DNA of 44,699 nucleotides from Candidatus Hydrogenedentota bacterium (GCA_024280935.1 JAJRPE010000548.1:1-44699), one strand, 5' to 3'; counted from the first letter of the stretch, positions 17,786-28,039 are shown. Notes: generated from the letters alone by a model not told the origin. A program made the numbers and translations.

Positions 17786-19855
17786 ATGGGCAAACTTGAT
17801 GACAAAATAAACGAACACTTCCAGGGGCTTGTTGTCCGTAAGGATCTTGTCAAGATAGTCAAGGGCAACGCCATCGTTCCAACCTACGTCTTGGAGTACT
17901 TGTTGGGCCAATATTGCGCCACTGACGACGAGGCAACCATAGAAACTGGAATCACAACGGTCAAGGAGATCTTGCGCAAGCACTATGTGCATCGCAATGA
18001 GGCGGGGCTTGTACGCTCGAACATTAAGGAGGCGGGACGCTATAAAGTCATCGATAAGATCAGCGTCGCCCTGAATGACAAAACAGATGCCTATGAGGCG
18101 ACTTTTTCCAACCTTGGTATCAAGGAGGTACTGGTTGATTCGGGCACGGTCAAAGCCCACCCCAAGCTTCTGGTCAGTGGCGTGTGGTGTATTGCGGATG
18201 TTGAGTATGAGTTTACGGAGGACAAGCGGGTCTCCCCCTGGATCATGGCTTCCCTGAAACCGATCCAGCTCTCTGATTTTGATGCCGAAGCCTATATCGA
18301 AGCCCGCAAACAATTCACGACAGATGAGTGGATTGACCTGCTGATGCAAAGTATCGGCTTCAACCCCGAGATGTTCGGAAAGCGGAGTAAGCTGCTCCAA
18401 CTGGTCCGCCTCATCCCCTTTTGCGAACGTAACTACAATCTGATTGAGCTTGGCCCCAAGGGCACAGGAAAGTCACACGTCTACTCGGAATTCTCACCCC
18501 ACGGCATACTCATTTCTGGCGGCGAAGTGAGCGTCCCCAAGCTTTTCGTGAACAACCAGAGTGGAAAGCTCGGCTTGGTTGGATATTGGAACGTGGTGGC
18601 CTTTGATGAGTTCGCGGGTAAAAAGAAACGGGTGGATAAGGCCCTCGTCGATATCATGAAGAATTACATGGCGAACAAGTCCTTTTCCCGTGGAGTGGAA
18701 ACACTGGGGTCCGAGTCCTCCATGGTCTTTGTGGGAAACACCCAACACAGCGTTCCCTACATGCTTAAACACTCGGATCTCTTCGAGGAGCTACCGAAGG
18801 AGTACTACGACTCGGCGTTCTTGGATAGAATTCACTTCTACGTGCCCGGTTGGGAGGTAGACATCATTCGTGGTGAAATGTTCTCCGAAGGCTACGGCTT
18901 CGTGGTGGACTACCTGGCCGAAATACTTCGGTCCTTCAGGAATCATGATTTTTCGGACAGATATTCGGAACACTTTTCCATTTCTTCCGATATCTCAACA
19001 CGTGATCGGGATGGTATCCACAAGACTTTTTCCGGCTTGATGAAAATACTCTTTCCGCACGGTGGGGCGAGTAAGACGGAGATCGAAGAACTCATTCGAT
19101 TTTCCATTGAAGGCCGGAAGCGCGTCAAAGATCAGCTCATGCGGATAGACAAAACCTATGCGGAAGTGAGCTTCGCTTATCTGGACGCCGACGGTGAAGA
19201 AAATGTAGTCGCTACGCTCGAAGAGATCGAGTATCCGAACTACTATCACAAGACCGTGGGTAGCGGCGACGAGAAAGAGGAACTGAAACCATCGCCAACC
19301 AAAGAGTCCGCGACCTTACCCGATTCTCCACCCCAAGCAAATGACCCTGTTGAGCCCGTTCTGAAAGAACAGCACATTACCTTCCAGGAGAATCAGCGTG
19401 GTGCATCCTTCGACACGCTATTCGGTCCCTATTTCGAGGGTGCGAGGGAGCTCACCGTTACCGACCCGTATATTCGCAACTTCCATCAGGCCCGAAATTT
19501 CATGGAACTCGTTGAAACCGTAGTGAAGCACAAGCCCAAGCACGAAGTGGTCACACTCCACTTGGTGACTTCAGAAGATACCTACCGAGCCGACCAACAG
19601 CTTGAGAACTTTGAGAAGATAAAAGCCTCCTGTGTTCCCGTGGGCATAGACTTCACCTGGGAGTTCGACGGCTCTGGCACCATCCATGCCCGGCATATCG
19701 TTACCGACAACGGATGGAAGATCCTCTTGGATCGGGGGCTGGACATATACCAGAAGTACGACAACCGGGAAGTTTTCGACTTCGCCAATCGATTACAAGA
19801 GCGTCGGCCATGTAAAGCGTTTGAGGTGACGTTCATCAAGTGTGAGGCGGAATAA
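17786..19855 (+). CDS. brxL: BREX system BrxL (MCM-like AAA+ ATPase) with C-terminal PLD-like/MIT_C-type domain
   Basis: VVRKDL, VPTYVLEYLLGQYC, ELGPKGTGKSH, VAFDEF and DSAFLDR; C-terminal VTDPYIR...IHARHIVTDNGWKILLDRGLDIYQ. No recognisable Lon catalytic motif. Confidence 0.9.
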   Translation: MGKLDDKINEHFQGLVVRKDLVKIVKGNAIVPTYVLEYLLGQYCATDDEATIETGITTVKEILRKHYVHRNEAGLVRSNIKEAGRYKVIDKISVALNDKTDAYEATFSNLGIKEVLVDSGTVKAHPKLLVSGVWCIADVEYEFTEDKRVSPWIMASLKPIQLSDFDAEAYIEARKQFTTDEWIDLLMQSIGFNPEMFGKRSKLLQLVRLIPFCERNYNLIELGPKGTGKSHVYSEFSPHGILISGGEVSVPKLFVNNQSGKLGLVGYWNVVAFDEFAGKKKRVDKALVDIMKNYMANKSFSRGVETLGSESSMVFVGNTQHSVPYMLKHSDLFEELPKEYYDSAFLDRIHFYVPGWEVDIIRGEMFSEGYGFVVDYLAEILRSFRNHDFSDRYSEHFSISSDISTRDRDGIHKTFSGLMKILFPHGGASKTEIEELIRFSIEGRKRVKDQLMRIDKTYAEVSFAYLDADGEENVVATLEEIEYPNYYHKTVGSGDEKEELKPSPTKESATLPDSPPQANDPVEPVLKEQHITFQENQRGASFDTLFGPYFEGARELTVTDPYIRNFHQARNFMELVETVVKHKPKHEVVTLHLVTSEDTYRADQQLENFEKIKASCVPVGIDFTWEFDGSGTIHARHIVTDNGWKILLDRGLDIYQKYDNREVFDFANRLQERRPCKAFEVTFIKCEAE

Positions 19856-20064
19856 GGCGGGGACCAAATAGATATGCCTCTTCATCAGAATCTGCGGGCG
19901 GGTGTTGGTACCTGTATCGCTCCGTCGCATCCCTTGCTCGTCCCCGTTTTTGCTGCATTCCGACGATTACGCATCTCCTGTTGTAAGTCCATGTGTAAGC
20001 CCTCAGATAGCGCGTATTTTTCACGACCAAGCCATCGTTATTGATATTCCCGATACAGCAGTTG

Positions 20065-20885
20065 CTATACCCAACCCGGCCTCGGCAAAAGTCTTCCTCC
20101 ATCAAAATCTCCTGTCTTCACGACGCAGGTAGGCCTTGGAGTAAGGCCTGTTGGTGGATCCGGTTCAAGGTTAAATTTTGGCTGATCAACAAGCGCAAGT
20201 CCGAAGGCTACTGCCATTCGCCAAAATGGCGCATGGTCTTCATACTGGTCGCGGGGAACTGGAAGGTATTCCACTGGATGGGGGCCCCAGTCATTACACT
20301 CCTGCACAGTGAGGTGAGAGTTTTTGCATACGTCTCGCACGTACTTGATTTGGCTGCCACCACCGCAAAGCAGAATAGTTAATCTATCCTTATACCAGTC
20401 ACTTTGCGAGAAGCCCATTTTTTCATTCGCGAAGTTGTATGCGTCACCCCAGGCTGGGGCTGTTTTCTCCCAAAGCTCGCACAACAGTTTCCTTACTTGG
20501 TATCCCACACTGGAATTCGAGTCAATAGTGGACAAAGAGTGAAAAATACGTTCTATGCTCTTGCCTGATCGCAGTTTCCTTGCGATTAGGTCCTCAATTC
20601 GTCCCGCGCCAAACGCAAGGTTCAACCATGCGTAGCAGTCGATGGTCTCATTTCGCTTGCGTACATTATTAAGAAAAAAAATAGTGATATCAGTAGTTCC
20701 CGCACCAATGTCAACTAATGCATGCAATCCCCCAGAGCGGGCGCTTGAAAATCTATAGGATTTCACCTGCGCTATAGTTTCCGGAGTAAGAAAGACACAT
20801 GTCGAGTCGGTCTCCTCGTTATATTTTGCTTTGTCTAGAAGCTTTTTAACAGGGCCGACCTGTCTTTCGAGTGATGGAAGATCTT
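20065..20885 (-). pseudogene. 5'-truncated actin-like (Hsp70/FtsA/MreB superfamily) ATPase
   Basis: Contains PETIAQ (connect-1-like), VDIGAGTTDI (phosphate 2) and LCGGGS (adenosine) motifs but no N-terminal phosphate-1 motif; its upstream frame runs into antisense FG-GAP sequence. Confidence 0.65.
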
Positions 20886-20886
20886 T

Positions 20887-21561
20887 GTGACCAAGCACAT
20901 GATCGAAGCGGATGTGGACGAGACACGTACCATTCGCGCCGCCGACTTCGACCAGGATGGGGACGTGGATTTTCTCGGTGTCATCGCAGTAAATCCCGTC
21001 AAACAGGAGAATGGTATCAAGGAATTCAAGCCCGGCTTCATCGTCTGGTATGAGCAGTACCGCGAAAACGACACTGTTGCCTTTCGCCGCCATGATGTCG
21101 CCAGGGCCATCCGCCCCCTCCATGGCGAGCCCGCCGATATGGATGGCGATGGTGACTTAGACATCCTGATGGCCATGGGCATGTCGGCCCCGGTCGAACG
21201 GCAGGACACCCATCGGGTCTTATGGTACGAGAACACAGGAAAGCCCACGAGTTCCTGGCCGACTCATGTTGTCGCGGACGGCTTCATTGACAGTTTTGAA
21301 GCCGTTGCGCACGATCTGGATGGAGACGGTGATATGGACGTAGCAGCTACATCATGGCGCACGCCGGGCCGGGTCGTCTGGTTTGAAAACAAGGGCAGTG
21401 GGACGGATGAATGGATCATGCACGCGCTGAAGGAAAACTGGCGCAGCGCGAACCAAGTCATCATCGCCGACTTCAACGGGGATAAGCGCCCGGACATAGC
21501 CGCCATTGCAGAACACGGAAGCTATGAATTGCGGTGGTGGAAAAACGAGGGCAAACCGTAG
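20887..21561 (+). pseudogene. FG-GAP/VCBS beta-propeller repeat protein, probably 5'-truncated
   Basis: Four repeats (ADFDQDGDVDF, ADMDGDGDLDI, HDLDGDGDMDV, ADFNGDKRPDI) with WYEN/WFEN motifs; no signal peptide or RBS; too few blades for a full propeller. Confidence 0.7.
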
Positions 21562-21582
21562 TCAACGATCATTTCCCGCCCA

Positions 21583-22206
21583 TCACCGCAGAAACAACAG
21601 TGGAACAACATCAAGAAGCAGCGCGATTACAGCGAGCTTTGAGCAACGTCGCTTCCAGGGATAGAGGCTGGAAAGCGCAAACAGTACCGATACGAAGAGG
21701 GCAACAATACCCACGCTAATCAGGGGAAGCGTAATGACGGAGAGAAAGGAACCCTCCAGAGAAATCACCGCGTCTCCCGGACTCAGACCCACACGAAGCG
21801 CCACCGCTACACCAATTAATATCAACCCCCCTACAGAAAGCAACAGCGAGGCACCCGCACGAGGTATGACACGCCTGGAGCCGCACGTAGAGGAAGAGGA
21901 TGTCGTCGATTCCACGTAGACAACACCATCGTGACAGGTGGCCCGTGCGCCAAGTTTTTCGGCCATGGCGACCATCTTGGACAACACATCACTACTCGAC
22001 GACTCGCCAACGATGTTTCCCCGCTCCAGGCGAAACACGCCGTCATGCGACTCCCACGACACGACATCCGCCCCTGCCCCCTCACCTTCGCAAGGGACCA
22101 GCTCCTTATCGGCATCAATACAGGCACGCCACTCCTCCTCGGTAATCGAGGCACCCTCCGTGCGCGACCATTTGCGGCGGCGCGTAATATAGTAGGCATT
22201 CCCCAT
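21583..22206 (-). CDS. Hypothetical membrane protein (soluble N-terminal domain + ~3 C-terminal TM helices)
   Basis: ORF with GGAGA RBS upstream; hydrophobic C-terminal segments. Confidence 0.65.
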   Translation of the reverse strand: MGNAYYITRRRKWSRTEGASITEEEWRACIDADKELVPCEGEGAGADVVSWESHDGVFRLERGNIVGESSSSDVLSKMVAMAEKLGARATCHDGVVYVESTTSSSSTCGSRRVIPRAGASLLLSVGGLILIGVAVALRVGLSPGDAVISLEGSFLSVITLPLISVGIVALFVSVLFALSSLYPWKRRCSKLAVIALLLDVVPLLFLR

Positions 22207-22510
22207 CGCGTACACTATTCTCCCGTTGGCCGTAACTGAATGTTGCCCGAGGCAAGGATATTCATCTTGCCGCCAGTAGTCACGGGAATCTCGAGCATTT
22301 CAAATCGCTCCACCTCGATTTTTCAACACCATTCTTCACGCATTACAAACTCTGCGCCCTCCCCGGCACATCAAAGCATGGTCGCCCACCTAACACGACG
22401 ACCAAAAAGCGAACGTATCGGCAACCACTATAGCATCGTTCGGGCCACTTGTAAAGTCCTGTCTCATACCGCTTTATACATTCGAGGCACGGACAATGAT
22501 AAAGACCCCG

Positions 22511-23926
22511 TCATGGGGATCCGGCCTGTCCCACCTCGAGCGCGGGCGCTGGTAGCTCCCGCTCGATCTCATCCAGCCGGTAGCCGAAGTCACTGCCGGA
22601 AATCGTGTCGAGCTTTACCACGCCATCACGCCGCTGGTGAAGTCCGGGGTGAATCTTCGCCTCGGGCAGGCTGGCATCGGGGTAAAACTGCATGGCGTTG
22701 GTCTCTACGCCCATGATGGTGCCCGCATGGGCCGCAAGCAACACATGGGGTATCTGGGCCAGCATGGGGTTCGTCAAATCCTGCACCATGAGCGTCATCC
22801 CATGGGCTTTGGCCCAGCACAGGCTCAGGAGAGCACCCGTCTGGGTCTTGCACGTCTTGAGGGCAACACCCGTCCAACCCAGTTCGCGCCCGAGCCGTAC
22901 CAGTTCCCAATCGTGGGCGCTTTCGTCCATAAAAAGGGGCTTGCGCGACGAAACGCTGTGGACATCGATGCGGTTTTTCTCCAAATCGTAGGGGAAAGGC
23001 TGTTCCACATAGAGCAACATGCCGCAAATCCGGGGATGCTCGATAATGAGCCGATCCAGGATGGCATTCACATAGTCAGGCTCCGTCACTGTGCAATTGA
23101 AATCGGTGGTGAGCCAAACGACACCTTCTTTGATGGCAATGTTGCCAACATCCACAATGCGTTGATAGTCCCAGACGGCATCCGTGCCGCAGAGCTTTAT
23201 CTTGAGACAGGTCAGGCCATCCGTCCGTATCCAGTCTTGCAACAATACGGGGTAGTCATCCTGGGGCATGATGATATCCGGCTCAAAAGCATTTAGCGGA
23301 TCCTTCCCCCCCACGAGGTGCCAGGCGGGCAGTTCCTCAGACCGGGGCAACTGGAAAAAGTCCTGGGGATACTGACCAGAGAAGGACACGTCCGCATTGG
23401 CGGCAGGCTCCAAAAAGGCGCTCAGGTCCCGGCTCATGTAGTCGCCGTTGTAGGTCTCATAGACAGGCACCTGATGGAGGTTTCCATAGGCATCGTGCAG
23501 GGCGATGTCGAAGGCGGAGCAACAGACCAGCGCCGCAAGCCAGGGCATGGCCTCGTCCTCCCGAGGCGCATTGAAAGCATCAAGAAGTTCGGGAAGGCGC
23601 TGTTGAATAAAATCGTAGCCCACCTCCATCGGATGGCCGGTGGTGTCGAACTCTGCCCAAGCCATCGCTAATTGCTCGCAGAACGCCATGAGCGCCGCTT
23701 CCCGGATGCTGTAGTCCAAGCTGCTTGGCCAGACCCAGTTTCCGCTCAGGGGCGTTTCTCCCCAGCCCGTGGCACGCTTGCCCGCTCCATCCTCGACAAC
23801 CAGCTTCACCCGGGCACATTGGATGTGGGTGGAAACGGCGGAACCAAACTTGAGGGGCACCCGGAGGGTACAGGGAATATAGTAGAGGCATGTGGCAACG
23901 GGGCGCACATCGGTTTTCTTGGACAC
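22511..23926 (-). CDS. Enolase superfamily (mandelate racemase/muconate lactonizing-like) enzyme
   Basis: GWGET, AFDIALHDAYG, KIK, TTDFN, YVEQP, MDES and LKTCK metal/catalytic residues. Start set at GTG 23926, downstream of AAGGAAG. Confidence 0.85.
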   Translation of the reverse strand: MSKKTDVRPVATCLYYIPCTLRVPLKFGSAVSTHIQCARVKLVVEDGAGKRATGWGETPLSGNWVWPSSLDYSIREAALMAFCEQLAMAWAEFDTTGHPMEVGYDFIQQRLPELLDAFNAPREDEAMPWLAALVCCSAFDIALHDAYGNLHQVPVYETYNGDYMSRDLSAFLEPAANADVSFSGQYPQDFFQLPRSEELPAWHLVGGKDPLNAFEPDIIMPQDDYPVLLQDWIRTDGLTCLKIKLCGTDAVWDYQRIVDVGNIAIKEGVVWLTTDFNCTVTEPDYVNAILDRLIIEHPRICGMLLYVEQPFPYDLEKNRIDVHSVSSRKPLFMDESAHDWELVRLGRELGWTGVALKTCKTQTGALLSLCWAKAHGMTLMVQDLTNPMLAQIPHVLLAAHAGTIMGVETNAMQFYPDASLPEAKIHPGLHQRRDGVVKLDTISGSDFGYRLDEIERELPAPALEVGQAGSP

Positions 23927-24233
23927 GGCAAAACTTCCTTTGGCGATCATGATCTCTATGCAGGGAAAGAAAGTGTGCCACGCCACCGCCCTGTACTACA
24001 ATGTTTGCTTCGCTCTCTGGAAGCACTGGCGTTCCGCCGACACTGTATGCATCAAAGGCGCATGCCCCTCGTGATCTTTGGAAATACACTTCAAGGGTGC
24101 CACCCGATCCCGCTTCGGCAGCGTCGCAGACGCACCGGAACGGGTTCGGGTGCTTGGAGCATGGATACGCGCAGAGACATCTAAGGGGTGCATTCACGAC
24201 CTGTGGCGTCTTGCTCCTCAAAAAAGCAACCGG

Positions 24234-24357
24234 CGGGTGCCACGGGTAGGCCTCTCAGGGCTTACCCGTGTCATTCCTACCGATAGGAAAGGTGAGCCAG
24301 ATTCAGAAGAAGCTGTTCTGCACGGGTAAACCCTACCGGGCCTACCCGTGGCACCCG
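24234..24357. repeat. 124-bp palindromic REP/REPIN-like element, copy 1
   Basis: Perfect 19-bp terminal IR CGGGTGCCACGGGTAGGCC/GGCCTACCCGTGGCACCCG; each arm is itself a hairpin; second copy at 44401-44524. Confidence 0.88.
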
Positions 24358-24560
24358 CTGGTCTTTTTGTTAACTATAAGGTGTCCGTGTCGTGAACGGT
24401 CACCATCTAAAACCTTACGCGAGCAAAAAGGCTACTGTGACGCTGATACGAATGGACCTGCGCTTCTTGGACTCAAGACACCCATCGGCAGCCTTGACAA
24501 GCTCAAGGCCAACAACGAGATCATAGAGCCGCAAAAGTTTCCTGCAATAGAAAGACCACC

Positions 24561-25397
24561 GTGCCCATTCCCACCCTTCCGCCTATATCGCACCGTCGCA
24601 AGCAGCGCCTGAAAACCCTCGCCGAACCCCTCAACAAACTCTATCGGCAATACAATCAGCGCTGCTTCGTCCACCCCGATCCCCTTGCCCCGCTCTACAA
24701 CTTTCCTAATCGCCAAGACCAGGAAGTCGTGGGGCTTATCACAGCCACCCTGGCCTTCGGAAACGTAAAACAAATCCTGAAGAGTATCGATATCGTGCTA
24801 CAGGAACTTCCCGAACCCGCCAAGACCCTCGTGGACCTGTCGGATCGGGTCCTGGCCCAGCGCCTGAAAGGCTTTCGCCATCGTTACGTCACCGGCGTCG
24901 AGATGGCGTCGCTCCTCGCGGGCATCCGGGCCGTCCTCCGGGAACATGGCACCATAGGAACGTGCTTCGAAGCACTGGATGACCCCAGCGAAACGACCCT
25001 CGTTCCAACCCTGGCCCGCTTCGTTGCTTGCCTCAAGGAAAACGGCACGGTGGAGAAAAACTATTTGCTCCCCGACCCTGAAAAGGGCAGCGCCTGCAAG
25101 CGGTGGTTCATGTACCTCCGGTGGATGGTACGGGATGATGCTGTGGACCTCGGCCATTGGGCACACCTCGGGGCGCACCGCCTCGTCATCCCGGTCGATA
25201 CCCACATGCACCGCGTAGCGCGCGGACTCTACCTGACCCGACGAAAGAGCGCCGACCTCAAGACCGCGATGGAAATCACCCAGGCCTTTCAGGTGGTTTG
25301 CCCCGAGGATCCGGTGCGTTACGACTTCTGCCTCACCCGCTTGGGCATTCGCGACGATGGCGATATGGATGGGTTCCTGCGGAGCGTGCGAACGTAG
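24561..25397 (+). CDS. TIGR02757/DUF2400 family protein (HhH-GPD-like)
   Basis: DPL...DQEVVGLITATLAFG, FRHRY, SACKRWFMYLRWMVR, IPVDTHMHR and DPVRYDF motifs. Confidence 0.88.
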   Translation: MPIPTLPPISHRRKQRLKTLAEPLNKLYRQYNQRCFVHPDPLAPLYNFPNRQDQEVVGLITATLAFGNVKQILKSIDIVLQELPEPAKTLVDLSDRVLAQRLKGFRHRYVTGVEMASLLAGIRAVLREHGTIGTCFEALDDPSETTLVPTLARFVACLKENGTVEKNYLLPDPEKGSACKRWFMYLRWMVRDDAVDLGHWAHLGAHRLVIPVDTHMHRVARGLYLTRRKSADLKTAMEITQAFQVVCPEDPVRYDFCLTRLGIRDDGDMDGFLRSVRT

Positions 25398-25461
25398 GGA
25401 CCTGGATCAATATGAGAGGCTTTGGGTGCCACCCTTACACGGAGGAGCGAAGCGGGGGAGT

Positions 25462-26694
25462 TTAAGGGTGCAGGTCATTTGGACAAGGTCTACGCCAATA
25501 GTAAAGATGCAGCACCAACACGATACCCTGCTCCAGAAACTTGAGTGACACCAGCCCCCACAATCCCGCAATGTGCCACGCCGGTATCACGAGTGCGAGG
25601 GTCAGCAGTCGCGAAGACAGGGTGGGCACCAGAATCGCCTTGCGGTAGGCAATGGCGCGGTAGTAGTTGTTGAAGATAAGATTCATGGGCGTGGCAACAA
25701 GCACGAGCGATAACAACTGGGCCAAGGGGATGGCATCGCGATAGCCCACGAAGAAGAAGTGCAACAGGAGTGTCATGAAGGCTGCTGCCCCAACGGCAAA
25801 GGCCACGCCCGCGCACAAAAGATAGATCAGCTTGCGACCCGTGACTTGCGTGCGCCCCGTGGCAAAACGAGCGGAAAAAACCGAAAGGAGCGGAATAACC
25901 ACGGAGCGGAGCTTGCTATAGGGCATAAGCGCCAGATAAAGCATGCCTATCTGCTCTGGTTGGCCGAGCGTGCCCACAATCACCTTGTCGAAGTTGTTTT
26001 CGAGCATTACGATGCCACTGACCAAGGTGGTAAACGCCCCATAGCCAATTAACTCCGGGTCCTCCCGTGTATCGACAACACGCTTTCGGCATTGCATACA
26101 GAAGAACCCGGCCAGTATCAGATGCGTTCCCATATAGGCCAGCATGACCACCCACGCAATTCCGGGAAACAAGAAGGTTGCAAGCAGTCCGGCGGCAATC
26201 CGCCCCAGGGTCAGACTGGAAAAGTAACGGGCCTCCCGTCCAAATTCCTGACGCCCGTTGAGAAAAGGGGAAAAGCCTTCCAACGGACGAAAGACCGGAA
26301 AAAACAGGGCGCAGATGAGCACGCCCATCGCCCGATCCGTATTGCCTGTGTAGGCATAGTAGGCGGCAATCCCCAACAGAATCGCCGTGCCCGAAAGGGC
26401 AACACGGCTGGCAAAAGACACGCCCCGTGTAAAAGAACTGTCGAAGCCCCGAGCCACGGAGCGGGTCATGCTGTCGCTGATGCCCATGTAAGCACAGATA
26501 CTGAGCATGCTCAACAAGGACGTGAGATAGACGAATTCGTCGAAGACATGTTCGCCCGCACGATTCGCAAGATACCAGGTAAAGCCAAAGCTCGCAATCA
26601 ATTCGGTGCCCGTTTTCAGCAGCTTAAAGCGGCCACCATCGGCCAAATGGCGCACATCGCCATGCCCCCAGATTGATCGCAAACGCGCAATCAT
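25462..26694 (-). CDS. Wzx-like oligosaccharide flippase / polysaccharide biosynthesis membrane protein
   Basis: About 12 hydrophobic segments, NNFDKVIVG motif. Start moved to ATG 26694 to avoid overlap with the upstream gene. Confidence 0.7.
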   Translation of the reverse strand: MIARLRSIWGHGDVRHLADGGRFKLLKTGTELIASFGFTWYLANRAGEHVFDEFVYLTSLLSMLSICAYMGISDSMTRSVARGFDSSFTRGVSFASRVALSGTAILLGIAAYYAYTGNTDRAMGVLICALFFPVFRPLEGFSPFLNGRQEFGREARYFSSLTLGRIAAGLLATFLFPGIAWVVMLAYMGTHLILAGFFCMQCRKRVVDTREDPELIGYGAFTTLVSGIVMLENNFDKVIVGTLGQPEQIGMLYLALMPYSKLRSVVIPLLSVFSARFATGRTQVTGRKLIYLLCAGVAFAVGAAAFMTLLLHFFFVGYRDAIPLAQLLSLVLVATPMNLIFNNYYRAIAYRKAILVPTLSSRLLTLALVIPAWHIAGLWGLVSLKFLEQGIVLVLHLYYWRRPCPNDLHP

Positions 26695-26728
26695 GATGGA
26701 CACACAATCGCGGCAGGCGTGCGCGCGC

Positions 26729-27718
26729 TCAAACCCGCCGTTCCAAGGCATCGCATAGCACACTATGAGCGAAAAGGGCAGCATCCAGACAACGGCCTTG
26801 AACAGGGTTGCCGTCGTGTAGTGAACGCGCCCAGGGGACGAGGTCGAAGTGCAGGGCACCGTTGGGCGCGGGCAATTCGATACTTCCCTTGCGCCCGCGA
26901 ATCACGGTAGGCATCGTATTCGTTGCGGAACGCTTCGTGGTCAGGGTGATGCGCAGCCCCTTCTCAAACTCGGCGGAAATCGATAGGGTGTCCGGTGTTT
27001 CTCGTCCGTTGCTTTCGAAGACACCCCCGAGGATGCTGCATTGACTGGGGATGCCGAGGTCAAAGGTCTGGATCAGGGGATAGAGAGAGGAAAACAGGGA
27101 ACAAGCGGCATCGCCCTGTCCGCAGGCGTGTACGTGGGACCAGTGGTCTTGCGGGCGCTGTGGTGGGCATGGCAGGTCGGCTTGAATCCATCGCGGTGTT
27201 CCCGTCTGGTTTCGTTCCGCCGCCGATTTGCACCGGGCCCAGTGGGCTTGGGCTGCGCTGTCCATGGCCACATGCAATCGGCCAGAATTCTTTGTCGCGA
27301 TGCGATAGAGGGCTTGGGTTTCCTGATTGGTGTGGGCGAAGGGCGGCACGAGGTAGACGTGCTTGCCGGCGACGAGGGCGGCTTGCGCCATGGCGGCGTG
27401 AAGGTGGTCGGGCGTGGCAATGAGGAGCGCGTCGAGGTGCTTGTCATCAATGAGCGACGCCCATGAAGTCGTTGTCCGCAGCTTGCTTGGCAGGTGCGCC
27501 AGACGATGAGAATCGGTGTCGGCAACGGCAAGGATATCTAAGGGGATATCGTGGGCATAGGTGGCTCGCAGTAGCGACTCCCCCACTTCACCACACCCGA
27601 TGAGACCGGCGCGAATCGACGTTACGGCACGGGCACTGGAGCTTATAGCGGCGATGCCCGCCGCAGTGCTGATCATGAATGTGCGGCGGGTTACTGGCTG
27701 GTATTTTTGGTCATTCAT
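26729..27718 (-). CDS. Divergent Tat-exported Gfo/Idh/MocA family oxidoreductase-like protein
   Basis: Twin-Arg signal TRRTFM, GLIGCGEVG and IATPDHLH; the canonical EKP is replaced by VPP. Confidence 0.75.
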   Translation of the reverse strand: MNDQKYQPVTRRTFMISTAAGIAAISSSARAVTSIRAGLIGCGEVGESLLRATYAHDIPLDILAVADTDSHRLAHLPSKLRTTTSWASLIDDKHLDALLIATPDHLHAAMAQAALVAGKHVYLVPPFAHTNQETQALYRIATKNSGRLHVAMDSAAQAHWARCKSAAERNQTGTPRWIQADLPCPPQRPQDHWSHVHACGQGDAACSLFSSLYPLIQTFDLGIPSQCSILGGVFESNGRETPDTLSISAEFEKGLRITLTTKRSATNTMPTVIRGRKGSIELPAPNGALHFDLVPWARSLHDGNPVQGRCLDAALFAHSVLCDALERRV

Positions 27719-27822
27719 GAGGTGCCCTTTGTCGTGCAGGATATCTTGGGCCATAGGATGCCCCACGGCTATCGCCAAATCAAGTGCCGTGCGGTTTGGC
27801 ACTGATACCGTGTAAGCATTCA

Positions 27823-28028
27823 TGGCAAAGGGGGTTGGGCTTTCCAGCCCGACACAAAAGGCACGTCGGGCATGATGCCCGCCCCCGACGCGTGTAGCCG
27901 CTTTTGATTCGAGCAGCAAAACACTTTACACAGCCTTGGGCAATCAACGTATCACCACGAACACTACGTGCGTTTTCGACACCCACCGTGCGCGTTATGT
28001 CGGGCAGGAAAGCCCAACCCCCTTGCCC
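27823..28028. repeat. Inverted pair of REP-like hairpins (GTTGGGCTTTCCAGCCCGAC / GTCGGGCAGGAAAGCCCAAC)
   Basis: ~27823-27855 is the near reverse complement of ~27997-28028; a third copy lies at ~29990-30020. Confidence 0.75.
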
Positions 28029-28039
28029 GTAGCACCCAG

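Noticed and set aside
20065-21123. 352-aa minus-strand ORF as one real protein
   Set aside because: The first ~80 aa are the antisense of the FG-GAP gene; only the part below ~20885 has protein-family motifs.
22216-22500. Possible gene remnant or toxin tip upstream of the 207-aa membrane protein
   Set aside because: Only a short, stop-interrupted minus-strand frame with no recognisable motif.
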